DNA of 64,000 nucleotides, from assembly GCA_964016885.1 (NCBI GenBank), contig OZ024740.1, positions 290,098,001 to 290,162,000 of the forward strand. Direction: 5' to 3'. This document shows, piece after piece, positions 27,581 to 39,159 of the stretch. Numbering within the stretch: the stretch's first letter is position 1; every line of letters begins with the position of its first letter. This DNA is from Eledone cirrhosa. Its lineage: Eukaryota. The position numbers and the translations under genes are program-made. The notes beneath the pieces were generated by a model that did not search any database, had not been told where the DNA came from, and worked only from the letters and a program-made list of their open reading frames with translations.

Positions 27581-28709
27581 TATGTGCTTTTCTGTAGGTG
27601 TCAAAAATTGTCTTTAAATACTTTACTTTTATAACTAGTGAGTGCATTGTATAAACACTACTAACATATCTAAGGTTATGTTTTCACGCATATTTCGCGC
27701 TTTTAGCCAGAATTCTTATATGGAAATCCAACAACCACATATAAGCTTTGTTTTCACACTTATTTCGGAGATCCTGTTACAATGTAATATGGAAATATAA
27801 CATTATATGTATATATAATGCATAATGTGGAATTTGATTGCTCATGAATTTTACAGCTCTCGTTAGAATGGTGTTTGGAAATACAGCTTCCACTCCTATA
27901 TAGCGTTTGTTTTCTCACGTCTTTCATAGTTATAGCTCCCCCACCACATACACACATACAGACACATATACATATATACAAACATACACCCACACGCGCG
28001 TACACGAACACACATATATACACATGCGCGTGCACACGAACGCACATACACTCACAGACATACACAACCATATCAGTAACGTGTAACATTTAGTTTCACA
28101 GAGATTTCACAATTACAGATAGCATATTGGGAATACAACAATTATATATAAGGTCTGTTTTTTACTTTCTAGCCATAGAGTTATCTGGAAAAACGACAGC
28201 CTTATGTGGGCTTTATTTTTTCACATATCTTATAGTTATAACAGCAATATCATTTAGAAATGTAACTGTTACGTACGTATAAAGTTAGTTTTTACATATA
28301 TTTCACAGTTCTAGCCAGAATGTTGCGTATTCACAGCCATCCTTCATATCTATTTAACAACAAAACTCATTTACCTATAGTTATTTGGTTATATTACGTC
28401 CCGTAACTTAACACTTTGACAAATAGAAATCGATTAAATAATTAAACGGAAAAAATGAAACGAAATTTCATTTCCCACTCTTAGTACGGCTGTTACTTAA
28501 ATAAAAGTATGTACACGTACATACATATATGTATACAGACATACAGTAGTATGTATATATATATACATACATGCACACATATATATATGTACGTACGGAT
28601 TCACCGAACATTTATTATAATGCTTGGCGTGTTTGTAAACAAACATCCCGTATTAAGCCGTAGTGTCCAGCAACCATCGTTGCTCGTTTGTTCAACACTG
28701 ACAAAGGAA

Positions 28710-28750
28710 CGCTGTACTAGTTTCAAGCTTATTAGCTATCGTCAGCAACG
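28710..28750 (-). ncRNA. Minimal type I hammerhead ribozyme
   Basis: cguug-CUGACGA-uagcu aaua agcuu-GAAA-cuag-UA-cagcg; intact core and palindromic stem III (ACUAGU). Confidence 0.88.
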
Positions 28751-29129
28751 TATACCTTCCTGCCAGATTGTTGAACGTATATACTTACCTTATGTATATT
28801 AACGGCTGAGTAGCCCAATTTTCATATCGAGTGGGTTAATCGGCCGAGTGCACCGAAAACGATAAACGGAAAAAATGAAACGAAATTTCATTTCCCACTC
28901 TTAGTACGGCTGTTACTTAAATATAAGTATGTACATGTACATACATATATGTATACAGACGTACATTAGTATGTATATATATATACATACATGCACACAT
29001 ATATATATGTACGTACGGATTCACCGAACATTTATTATAATGCTTGGCGTGTTTGTAAACAAACATCCCGTATTAAGCCGTAGTGTCCAGCAACCATCGT
29101 TGCTCGTTTGTTCAACACTGACAAAGGAA

Positions 29130-29170
29130 CGCTGTACTAGTTTCAAGCTTATTAGCTATCGTCAGCAACG
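29130..29170 (-). ncRNA. Minimal type I hammerhead ribozyme (second copy)
   Basis: Identical to 28710-28750. Confidence 0.88.
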
Positions 29171-29379
29171 TATACCTTCCTGCCAGATTGTTGAACGAAT
29201 ATACTTACCTTATGCATATTAACGGCTAGCAGACTGATATAAGTACTCGAGACTGATATGACCCAGTGAACTTTTGGTGGCAGTGCTCCACCATAGCCGC
29301 AATTCAGTGACAGAAAGTAAAAGCGTAAATATTTGGTTTGGCTTCACGCACATTTCACATGTGTAGTTATAATGTTATA

Positions 29380-29439
29380 GGAAAAGAGTCAGGACCCCGA
29401 CGGCTGAGCTCCGGCCGTTTCGACAGCTAGATACGGACA
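29380..29439 (-). mobile_element. 60-bp solo fragment of the 5167 family with 12-bp flanking duplication
   Basis: Nearly identical to 5170-5229; TATAATGTTATA at 29368 and 29440. Confidence 0.75.
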
Positions 29440-29459
29440 TATAATGTTATATATAAATA

Positions 29460-29668
29460 ATTTAGGCACAATTCCAGCAAATTTAGATAGAAGGCAGAGT
29501 TACATAATTCAACCCAGTACTTTACTGGTACTTTATTCTATCGATCACAGAAGGATGAAATGGAAAGTTGACCTCGGCAGGATTTGAACTTGCAATGTTA
29601 AGATCCAGAACAAATGCTGCAATAGGATTTTATCCGACGCTCTACTAACTCTGCCAACCCACCACCCT
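29460..29668 (-). mobile_element. Diverged SINE
   Basis: Degenerate match to the SINE consensus. Confidence 0.75.
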
Positions 29669-30071
29669 ATGTTATATATAAATATTACAAATATATAGAA
29701 AGGGTGTCTTCACTCAAGTTGTCCAGTATAACTCAGATATATTAACACAATGTTATATAGATATTGTAATGAGTATTGTGGTGAGTTGTTACTTAATTGT
29801 AGCACGAAGACCAGTGGTTCTCAAACTGTGACCCACTGTATGCCGGTGTATCGTGAAATGAAGTTAGCTGTGCTTTGAAAGAGTAAGATTCTATTTCAAA
29901 ATATGATAAATGCAAATTGAAATTCATAATAACCGTCAAAGAGGTAAACAACTAGACTAAATGCAAACATTGCCTAAAAACACCAAACGCGTGTTTCTCA
30001 TCGATAATTTTGCTCTATTTATTGATTAAGTTGGAAGTAAATGTATTTTTCTGCCTATTTAACTATCTATA

Positions 30072-30555
30072 CTAGCAGAAAAACCACCCTCTGTGTGGTT
30101 TTCTGCTAGCATGTGTAATGTGTATATTGATATTATACGCAAGTATATATGCATGTAGATATGATACATCAAATAAAATCGTAATTGACAATATACACAG
30201 AAATTGAACGAAGACTGCGTTACACTGTCTTATGTAATCAGTAACGTAAGCCATGATACATTAAAAAAAAGACGATATTATATATAAACTGCACTAGGAG
30301 AAAATTAGTGAGGAAAGTATATGAATGTTTATTTAAGCGATTGCTAACCGGAAGTGTTGACATTTGAAAATTTTAAAGAAGTGAATCTTTAAATAAACAA
30401 TAAAATATCTTTAATGAACAGCTACGAAATTTAGGAGATAAATTATGTAATATTCATTCATTATTTATTCAAAGTAATCCAACTTATTTTACTAATGGAA
30501 TAAAAAATTATAAACCGTACGCAGTCCCGCATTCCTTACTTTATTATAGTTAAGA
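30072..30555 (-). mobile_element. Non-autonomous Helitron/Helentron-like element (independent copy)
   Basis: Homologous to 10808-11349 with the same termini but different flanks. Confidence 0.78.
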
Positions 30556-30688
30556 TTTCTAATTCATATAAATACCACTTTTAAATACATTCACAAATTC
30601 AAGTACAAAGAGCGACACAATATTTCTACTTGTTCTAAAGTACGCCGTGAGAGAAAAACGAAACAAGGTTAGGTAGGAACTACTAATC

Positions 30689-30883
30689 CAGACCTGGCAA
30701 CTCTCCACGTCCGACGGGGAGATTTGCAGTAGTCTTTGGGATGTTTGAGAGATGTCTTCTCTTGTGAAAATAGGTATAGCTTTCATTATGTACCCCACCC
30801 CCATTTTGCCTCATTTCTCCCTGTTTTAGGGCATCTTTTTTCATGGTACTCCCCGTTTGGGTTTTTAGAGGTTGGTAGGTCTG
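30689..30883. mobile_element. MITE with CAGACCT(G)CCAAC-type TIRs
   Basis: CAGACCTGGCAAC / GTTGGTAGGTCTG, flanked by CTAATC on both sides; inverted homolog at 44192-44382. Confidence 0.75.
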
Positions 30884-31487
30884 CTAATCTCCACCTGCAC
30901 ACATGATCCCGTGTACTACGTTTCTACGTAATCTCATTCACGTCATTTTCCCCCCAGCATAATTTTCCATAAATATGTACCTCATTAGACAGGCTCATAT
31001 CGACTTTTCGAGGTTACACTACGGTTCTATCGTGTATTAACAAATTCTATTGTATTAATAAATCCTTGAACTTCTGAACCTTGTCAGATATTTGCAGACA
31101 GAACGGCTCGATGAAAAATTAGCACAGGTCTCTAGGCTCTTTGGTAACTTAAGCAGTATATTCATATTTTCACTGAATGTACTTTGTTTTACTCATTGAT
31201 TTCTCTTTCTCCAGTTTGTAAAACCAAACACACAAGTGTGTATATCTATCTATCTATCTATCTCTCTATCAGTCGTGTGTCACTTCGCGGAGAAGTTTCC
31301 GTTAATTTATGTAAGGAAAAAACGTGAGTTTTTAGTTCAATTTTATATCATTGTGTAACTTGACCACCCGTCTGGACCTTCAGGTGGTGGGTCAACTCAT
31401 TTTCGCCCCTTCAGGGGCGGAATATCCATTTAAAAAATTTTTCTCCATCGAATCTTGGAAAAAATATTGTAAAATTTTGATTACGTT

Positions 31488-33404
31488 ATGAACGCTGCGT
31501 CCAACGATAATGGTGGTGGAGAGGCGGTAAGACTACAAAGCTCGCAGTCAACAACGTCTTCTTCACTAGATACTATAGAGATGGAAAGACAAAATGAAAA
31601 TAAAAAAACGAATTCACATCCAAACAACACAAATGACACCAAACAGCTCAATGACAACAAAAATAACAGCAAAACCAATAATGATGATAAAAGCAACAAT
31701 GATAACAACAACAAAGAAAAAAATAAAGACAACGCCAATAACACCAGCATCAAAGACAACAACAACACCAAGGAAAATACGGATGATACCAACATCGGTG
31801 ACAACAAGAATAACAACAAGAATAACAACAATAATGACAACACCACCAATACGGATTCCACAAAGAAACCAAAAATCTCCTTTGCGGAGAAAGTTCAAAA
31901 GAAAGAACAATTGATATATCTCGACATAACAAATGCTGAACACCTTTTAAAGGACGCTAAGAGATATGTCACCTTCGAAAAAAATGGTGCTTTCAGCATC
32001 AATTCTCCGGTAGAAATTCGCAAGGAAACTGCTCTCAAAACGATAGTTTTTAGGACAGTTTCCAATTCTACCCGAAAACCAGTCCAATTGTCACAGAAAG
32101 ATATTGAACTGGTTTTCAAAGATTCAATGAATGATATTGCATTCATTCAAAGAAGCAAACTTTTTGGGAGTATTTCGGTACTGATGAAGGATCAATTGAC
32201 GGCCCAAAATTACTCTGTGTCGCCAATTGTATCCAACCTGTACACCTTTTTCCCTACATACATGGGAAAAAGGACACAAAAGATCAGAATCACAAGTGTC
32301 ACACCAAAGGTGAACATATGGTGGATACTGTGCGGCTTCATCAATTTTGATGAAGACAGAATACTGTCAGTAGGCAAGTCCCCCAGAGATGTATTCAATG
32401 GGACTAGCATTGAAGTTCTGGTGCAAATGAGCCCAGAGCGAATAGCTATGATCCCACAGCGTGTACTCCTGGACGGACTTACCTACATAAACCTTTCGGT
32501 TGAGGGTAGGCGGCCTTCATGTTACCATTGCTTTAGCAGGGGTCACCTGAGGGCTTCCTGTCCTAAACTAATGAACCAAAAAAAGGCTCTTCTGCCAACA
32601 CCCATCAAAACAACACAACCACCAACACCACCACTACAACAACAACACCAACACACAAAAATAACCACAACAAACACAGTCCCACCCAACCTCACTCCAC
32701 CTAAAACCACTGCAAAATCACATACAGACACAACAGCTCCCCAAGACATACCCCTCCCCAATCACACAGACGATACAACAGATGAGGCTATCTCGCCATC
32801 ACCCAGTGAAGACGAGGGAGAACCCCATCGCTCGAAAAGAAAGAAAAGACATCACAAAAGCAAAAAACCAGCAAACACTACCACAAACATACAACCACCA
32901 ACACAAACAACAAAAATATCACAAACAAAACCCCCACCTCCTGAAAACAAAATACCTACAACAAAACGAAAGCACACACAAGAACTACAGACAAAAACGA
33001 ACACAACACAAGAAAATTACACTTACACTTACATAAACACTGAAAACAAAACACTAATGGAGACCATTACGAACGACCCTTCGGTTTTCACCGAAGGGAA
33101 AACTTTCGCCCACTCTATAAAAAATAGCAAAAAAATGAACCTAAAACTGATTAGGGTCCCTATACAAACTTATAGGTCCCTAAAAGAAACATTTGAGAAG
33201 GATGTGGGGAATTCCTGCGTGAAACCACTCAACCGCGTCCTTCTCAAATGCCTCCCCACCCCAGACACCCCCATCCCACCAGACCCCACCCCACCAAACA
33301 TCTGCGTCCCCACCCCGCCGGAAACCACCACTCATCCAGACAACCCCTCCAACACCCCCATGGAAATCGTGCGGCCTGGTCCCCAGGAGGCGAAGGGTGA
33401 GTGA
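31488..33404 (+). CDS. LINE ORF1 (gag-like, CCHC zinc knuckle)
   Basis: 638 aa; CYHCFSRGHLRASC knuckle; Asn-rich N-terminus, Pro/Thr-rich C-terminus; homologous to copy B ORF1. Confidence 0.9.
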   Translation: MNAASNDNGGGEAVRLQSSQSTTSSSLDTIEMERQNENKKTNSHPNNTNDTKQLNDNKNNSKTNNDDKSNNDNNNKEKNKDNANNTSIKDNNNTKENTDDTNIGDNKNNNKNNNNNDNTTNTDSTKKPKISFAEKVQKKEQLIYLDITNAEHLLKDAKRYVTFEKNGAFSINSPVEIRKETALKTIVFRTVSNSTRKPVQLSQKDIELVFKDSMNDIAFIQRSKLFGSISVLMKDQLTAQNYSVSPIVSNLYTFFPTYMGKRTQKIRITSVTPKVNIWWILCGFINFDEDRILSVGKSPRDVFNGTSIEVLVQMSPERIAMIPQRVLLDGLTYINLSVEGRRPSCYHCFSRGHLRASCPKLMNQKKALLPTPIKTTQPPTPPLQQQHQHTKITTTNTVPPNLTPPKTTAKSHTDTTAPQDIPLPNHTDDTTDEAISPSPSEDEGEPHRSKRKKRHHKSKKPANTTTNIQPPTQTTKISQTKPPPPENKIPTTKRKHTQELQTKTNTTQENYTYTYINTENKTLMETITNDPSVFTEGKTFAHSIKNSKKMNLKLIRVPIQTYRSLKETFEKDVGNSCVKPLNRVLLKCLPTPDTPIPPDPTPPNICVPTPPETTTHPDNPSNTPMEIVRPGPQEAKGE

Positions 33405-33437
33405 TCTCTTTTCCTCTTTTAACTTTTCAGCACCAAC

Positions 33438-36400
33438 ATGGCCAATATAAGAGTTGGATGTGTGAACGTACGCGGCCTGGGGATGCCCTGGAAACAGGGC
33501 AAACTCTTAAACGACCTCAGGTCGCACAGTTTGGATGTGGTAGCCATTTGCGAGTCCAGGATCCACGGCGAGCGACAGCTGGCCCCCATCTTCGATGACT
33601 TTGAGATCTACGCATCTCTCTGTCAACCGGGGGGTGGGGGCGGAGTTGCCGTTTTGCTGCGGAAACACCTGGGCCTCGTAACACAGACGGTACATCTGGA
33701 CCCGGAGGGTCGACTGGTGGTCCTAGACGTTGACGGTAGTGAAAGTGGAGCGTTCAGGCTGGTGGCCGCATATGCCCCATCCGGGACACCGCGGCCAGAC
33801 TTCTTCAAACGTCTAGAGACTTTTCTGGGAACGTCCCGCTCCTTGCTTTTAGTGGGGGACTGGAATGGAATCCTAGATGCACGTTGGGACTATGTGGGAG
33901 CATGTCCCGATAAAGGGGGGTGTAACAGCCTCAAACAGTTAATCGACCGATTTGACCTGGCCGATAGATATCGACTAGATTTTCCGACTGCGCCACTGTG
34001 GACGTGGAGTAATCGTAGCGGAACATCTAGATCGTACCTAGATAGGGTTCTAGTTAGAAATAAGGATAGGGACATGTTAAGCTGTCCACAAATGTTCATG
34101 GTTGCCTATTCAGATCACAAACTAGTGACCTGCATGGCCAACCTTGATAGAACCCATAGACAAGGACCCGGCTACTGGAAGCTGAACTTGTCGTTACCGA
34201 CAAGCAAAGCCTACAGTAGACGGATTAGCACTTTAGTTAAACAGCACTTGACAGGGGCCATTGTCAACAACAGATGGTGGTACTCTCTCAAGAGGGAAGT
34301 TAGATTAGACTCGATAGTTTTTAGTAAAGAATTAGCGTTAGATAGAAATAGAACCGAGAAGGAACTGGTAGATAAAGTAGAAGAGGCTATTAGAAGTGGC
34401 AACGTAGCCAGCGTGCTAGCAACGAGAACGGCCTTGGACCAGTTCTTCGACGCAAAGCACGAGGGCTGCGTTGTCAGAAGCAAAATACGTGCTCTGGGAA
34501 ACGAGGGAGCCAAAGCTGTTAGCTGGGCCCGAGTGACGGAGGCAAAAAGTGGCAACAAGTCCACGATTCGGTCTTTGAAGGACCAAAACGGACGCGTGAT
34601 ACGTGAGCCGAAGCAGATGTGTGCGGCTTTTCAGCGGCACTTTGCTCGGCTGTTCGGGGGGAGCGGCGCGCCGGGAGAGGCTATGGATTTCGGTCCATAC
34701 CTCGACGGCCTACCGCGACTCTCGGACAGCGAGGCGAAGTTCTGCGAAAAGCCGATTTCAGCCACTGAGATAGGGGACGCGCTGAGCCAATGCGGCAAAC
34801 GCAAATCTCCAGGTCTCGACGGTCTACCCTACGAATTTTACGTAGCAATGCCGGACTTATTCTCCGGTCTCCTGGAAGCGGTCTACTGCAACTGGCAACA
34901 GAACGGGAGAATTCCCAATTCTGTAACCGGGGGCGTGGTCACACTAATCAGGAAGGACGAGAATAAGGGGGATGACATAGGCAACTTCCGGCCCATAACT
35001 CTGCTAAACACAGAGTTACAGATTTTGGCCAAGGTGTTGGCAAAGAGGCTGGCGCTTGTCGTCGAGAACCTGGTGGGAGAAGCGCAGACATGCGCGATCC
35101 CGACCAGGTCCATACACGACAACCTCCACCTCATGCGATACATCATAGAGAGGGTAGGGTGTAAACCCGGCTTCGGTGGGGCCCTGATCAACTTGGATCA
35201 GTCTAAGGCTTTCGATAGGGTTGACCATCGTTACCTGGATGCGGTGCTCGAGGCGGCAGGCTTCGGACCCGTGTTCAGGGGCTGGATTGCTGCAATGCAC
35301 AACAGCAACATCTGCTCAAGGGTCAAGGTGAACGGTTACCTCTCGGAGCCGTTCCATATTACGCGATCCATTCGACAGGGATGCCCTCTCTCCTCCCTTC
35401 TGTACGTACTGACTCTCGAGCCACTACTGCGGAAGCTGGAGCTATTGCAGGGCATCCCTCTGGAACCGGGACTGCGGAAAGCGGCGTCGGCCTACGCCGA
35501 CGACGTGACAGTAATGGTGTCGAGCGCCTCGCAAATCGAGAAAGTCGGCACCTTACTAAAGGAATACGAAAGTCTCACAGGAGCGAAGCTGAACCGGGAC
35601 AAGTCCATCGGTTTGCAACTCGGATCGTGGAGAGGCAGACCGATGCCTTCCGATGGCGTCGTCGGACGCTGGACGGAAGGACCGGTAAAGCTGCTCGGGG
35701 TCTGGTTTGGTCCGGACCTCCAGGTGGAGAAGAACTGGAACGAAGTGACGGCCAAGGTGTTTGCACTCACCCAGAAGTGGGCCGAGTGCAAACTATCCTT
35801 GAAAGGTCGAGCGGAGGTGGCGAACACTTTTATAGCGTCCGCCATCTACTACCGCTTGACCGTCGTGCCTTGTCCAGCCAAAACGCTCGCCAAAATGGAG
35901 CGCGCCCTCTTCCGATTCCTTTGGAAGAGGCGGGCTCCTTTGGTAAGAAGATCCATCTGCTGCCAACACCCTTCTAACGGAGGGCTGGGGATGCCGTGGT
36001 TGACGATGCGCAAACACGCGCTCAGGCTGCGGCATCTCTACGTATTCCTCACCGGACAACCGGTGTGGGCCCCGTTCGTGAGGCGAGCCTTCCCACGACT
36101 CGTCTCACTGACCGAGCTGCAGTCCTGGGTCAAGCAGAGACCGAGGAAAATGGGCGACTGGCACATCGAATGTGCTCAGGCGCTCACAGCCCTCTGGCAG
36201 GCGGACCCGGCGATCAGTGGAGACTCCACTTCGTCATTCTATAGAGGGTTGGTCCGCAGCAAGTGCGACGACGCGCTCGGTGAAACTCTAGGCGTGGAGG
36301 AAGATGAACTGGCCAGTCTGTTCGGTAGGACCTTCCGCCCGGGACCGATGGACAACTTCCAAAAGTCCCTGGCCTGGCAGTGCTACCGAGGAGCTCTACC

Positions 36401-36812
36401 AGTTCGAGACAAGCTCTACAGACATGGGCGCCCGGGCAGGGACCCTGCAAAAAAGATCTGTCCGAGGTGCGTGCGAGACGAAGAAACCGTCGCGCACGCA
36501 TTCATACACTGCCCGGGCGTCACTGACCTGTGGGGCTATGTAGAACGACTATTGTCGCGGGTGGGACCAATCCAGTTGACCACCGAGTCCATTGTCATGA
36601 TCAAACCGCCACCCTCCTTCAAAAACGAAGGAGAGGCGGTTTTCCTTTGTGTGATAGCTATGGCGAAAGAGGTTGTATGGTGGACAAGGTTGAAAGGGCT
36701 GAGGTCAGACACCTTTCTCTCCGGCCAACAACTGATTCTTTTTTTTCAAATACCACTTTGGAAGAAGAATCAGGATCGAGAGAGAGGTGCTGTACCCCAG
36801 CAAGTTTTATGA
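33438..36812 (+). CDS. LINE ORF2: APE endonuclease, reverse transcriptase, zinc finger (frameshift near C-terminus)
   Basis: NVRGL, GDWN, YLDR, SDH (APE); KSPGLDG, QGCPLS, YADD (RT); CPRC..H..HC. A poly-T frameshift near 36740 diverts it from the homologous stop at 36876. Confidence 0.95.
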   Translation: MANIRVGCVNVRGLGMPWKQGKLLNDLRSHSLDVVAICESRIHGERQLAPIFDDFEIYASLCQPGGGGGVAVLLRKHLGLVTQTVHLDPEGRLVVLDVDGSESGAFRLVAAYAPSGTPRPDFFKRLETFLGTSRSLLLVGDWNGILDARWDYVGACPDKGGCNSLKQLIDRFDLADRYRLDFPTAPLWTWSNRSGTSRSYLDRVLVRNKDRDMLSCPQMFMVAYSDHKLVTCMANLDRTHRQGPGYWKLNLSLPTSKAYSRRISTLVKQHLTGAIVNNRWWYSLKREVRLDSIVFSKELALDRNRTEKELVDKVEEAIRSGNVASVLATRTALDQFFDAKHEGCVVRSKIRALGNEGAKAVSWARVTEAKSGNKSTIRSLKDQNGRVIREPKQMCAAFQRHFARLFGGSGAPGEAMDFGPYLDGLPRLSDSEAKFCEKPISATEIGDALSQCGKRKSPGLDGLPYEFYVAMPDLFSGLLEAVYCNWQQNGRIPNSVTGGVVTLIRKDENKGDDIGNFRPITLLNTELQILAKVLAKRLALVVENLVGEAQTCAIPTRSIHDNLHLMRYIIERVGCKPGFGGALINLDQSKAFDRVDHRYLDAVLEAAGFGPVFRGWIAAMHNSNICSRVKVNGYLSEPFHITRSIRQGCPLSSLLYVLTLEPLLRKLELLQGIPLEPGLRKAASAYADDVTVMVSSASQIEKVGTLLKEYESLTGAKLNRDKSIGLQLGSWRGRPMPSDGVVGRWTEGPVKLLGVWFGPDLQVEKNWNEVTAKVFALTQKWAECKLSLKGRAEVANTFIASAIYYRLTVVPCPAKTLAKMERALFRFLWKRRAPLVRRSICCQHPSNGGLGMPWLTMRKHALRLRHLYVFLTGQPVWAPFVRRAFPRLVSLTELQSWVKQRPRKMGDWHIECAQALTALWQADPAISGDSTSSFYRGLVRSKCDDALGETLGVEEDELASLFGRTFRPGPMDNFQKSLAWQCYRGALPVRDKLYRHGRPGRDPAKKICPRCVRDEETVAHAFIHCPGVTDLWGYVERLLSRVGPIQLTTESIVMIKPPPSFKNEGEAVFLCVIAMAKEVVWWTRLKGLRSDTFLSGQQLILFFQIPLWKKNQDRERGAVPQQVL

Positions 36813-37346
36813 AAGGTGGGTGAAAGTGGCGAGAATGGCCCGAGTGAATGGGCCTTCTCTCTATATCAGCCTGTAGGTTGAGGAAAAGGAGGAGGAGAGG
36901 AAAGGAGTACAAGCTCTTCGTACTCCTGGAGATGAGGGTTGCACATTTTTTTTCGGGGGTATGTGTTACCCATATAAACTGTCTCCCTCTATTGGGGAAA
37001 ATCGACTAACTTTTAAATTCCATCTGTGATAACATTTTACACGTTTTTATTGTATGTAAACTTCCCCCTTTGTATTTGTCCCCTTCTTTTGTGCCCCTGT
37101 GGCTAATAAAGAAATATATCTATCTATCTTCTATCTCTGGGATGGACACACGCGTATAACTTGCTGAGTAAGTTCTGTTTAAATTTCTATAGAAATTCTT
37201 GTCTGATAACTTTAATTTTTGTACCATTTTGTAGAGGGACTGCCAGGTCAAACTTTGATCTGGTCAGTCTCTCAAAATATTCTACGCCTTTAGGCGAAAT
37301 AGTTAAAAAAAAGTTTTTTCTTGTTGAAAAGTCAATATTTTTTTAA

Positions 37347-39135
37347 ATGGCCGAAGCTTCTTCACCAAAATTCGAAGGAGGAAAGGGGAAGATGAACTTA
37401 CAGCTTCCCCCTGCCACTGTCACAGTAGCAGAGGTCAAGAAGATAGGTCAGCCAGAGGAAGAATTCTCTCCACCTGTTAACCGACAACTTGACGTTGCCA
37501 TGGCAACAACCCAAAGAACCAGCAGCAACAGCAACAACAACAACAATGCGACGGACGAAAGCAACACCAATAACAATAACAATAACAACAACAAGACCAA
37601 TAACGGTGACAACAACAACAATGATAACAACAACACCACCAACGACAACAACAACACAAACAAACAAAATTTCTCCTTCGCCGAGACGACAAGGAAAACC
37701 CTCGACTATCTGCCAGTAGATATAACAAAAGCGAAGGAGCTATTGGCGGATGCGAAAAAATATATAGTGTACGGGGAAAATGGTTCATTCACAATCCATT
37801 CCCCCCCGGAACTAAAAAGCCAGAGACTCCTAAACACGGTCATGTTTAGGACAATCTCGAACAAAAGTAAAAAAACCAGCTCAACCATCACAGAGCGAGA
37901 TAGAGCTCGTTTTAAAAGACGTCATGAAGGACATCACCTTCATTCAGAAGGATAGACTCTACGGGAGTCTATCCATTCTCATGAAGGACAGGGACACAGC
38001 AGTGAAACTGTCCATCAAACCAATCACATCCACCGCATACACCTTCTACCCTACGTACATGGGTAGAAGAACACAAAAAATAAAAATCCACACCATCCTG
38101 CCGATTATGGACATATGGTGGGTTTTGACAGGTTTTCTGGACCTGGAGGATGACATGCTGGTGTCCATGGGAAAGGCATCGGGTGACGCGTTCAGTGGAA
38201 CGAGCCTCGAACTTGTAGTTCAAATGAGGCCCGAAAGGATCGCCCAGATCCCTGAACGCGTCATACTGGATGATCTAACCTTCATCAACATTACCGTTGA
38301 GGGTAGACGGCCCTCGTGTTACCTCTGCGGAACCAGAGGTCACCTGAGGGCTGTCTGTCCCCAACTTAATAAGAAAACCCCAATCCTGCCTACACCACCA
38401 ACAACTGCACAACCAACACAATCACCACAACTACCACTACAAAAACAACCACCACAGCTCAAACCAAAACAAAACAATGTCCAACCCATCCCCTCCACTC
38501 AAAAAACAAAAACAATTTCCAAAACACCCGTACCGCAAACACAACCCGAAAATATACCCCTCCCCTCCAACGCGGAAGATGACCCTAGTTCGTCGTCAGA
38601 CGAGGAGGAGCACTTCCACACAATCAAAAGAAAAAAAAGAAAACACACCTCAGACACACAAATGAAAAAAAACCCTCCCCAAAACATAACACTGACACCA
38701 ACACAAAAGAGCTCACAACAGCAAACAAAAAACACCACACAAAAACAAAAACATGCATACACATACATAAATACAAGAAACAAAAAACTGTTAAACATTG
38801 TGTACAACAACAATCTAATAAAAACACAAGGGCCTAACTTCACCCAGGCAGGGGATTTCCCCCACCTCAAAATGATTAAGGCCCCACAGGACACCTATAA
38901 AACTTTAAAAAACAATTTTAAAGAGGACGTGGGTCCCCCCTGCGTCGGGCCCATTAACCGCGTCCTCCTAAAAAACTATCCCACCCCCTCCCCAAACACC
39001 CACACAACTCCAAGCTCCCCAACCACACAACACACTGATGCCCCCACACTTCCACAAACCACCACCCCACCCAACAACCCATCCCCCACCCTAATGGAAA
39101 TTGTGCAGCCCGATACCCGGGACGCAGAGAGGTAA
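37347..39135 (+). CDS. LINE ORF1 (CCHC knuckle), split by a frameshift near 37870
   Basis: ORFs 37347-37955 and 37924-39135 together align with copy A ORF1; CYLCGTRGHLRAVC; the break lies at an A-run. Confidence 0.85.
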
Positions 39136-39159
39136 GTGCCTTTTCTCTTCACCACCAAC

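Larger units (their letters stand above)
28443..29227 (-). mobile_element. Retrozyme-like / Penelope pLTR tandem: 1.87 copies of a 420-bp unit
   Basis: Direct repeat at exact 420 offset, each unit with an intact hammerhead; interrupts an old SINE-like repeat. Confidence 0.8.
31271..37114 (+). mobile_element. Full-length L1/Tx1-type LINE, copy A
   Basis: 5'UTR, ORF1, ORF2, 3'UTR ending AATAAAGAAA; flanked by TATATCTATCTATC. Confidence 0.93.

Noticed and set aside
28509-29222. Duplicated 97-aa ORF in the 420-bp unit
   Set aside because: Starts in a microsatellite, has no domain, and lies antisense to the ribozyme.
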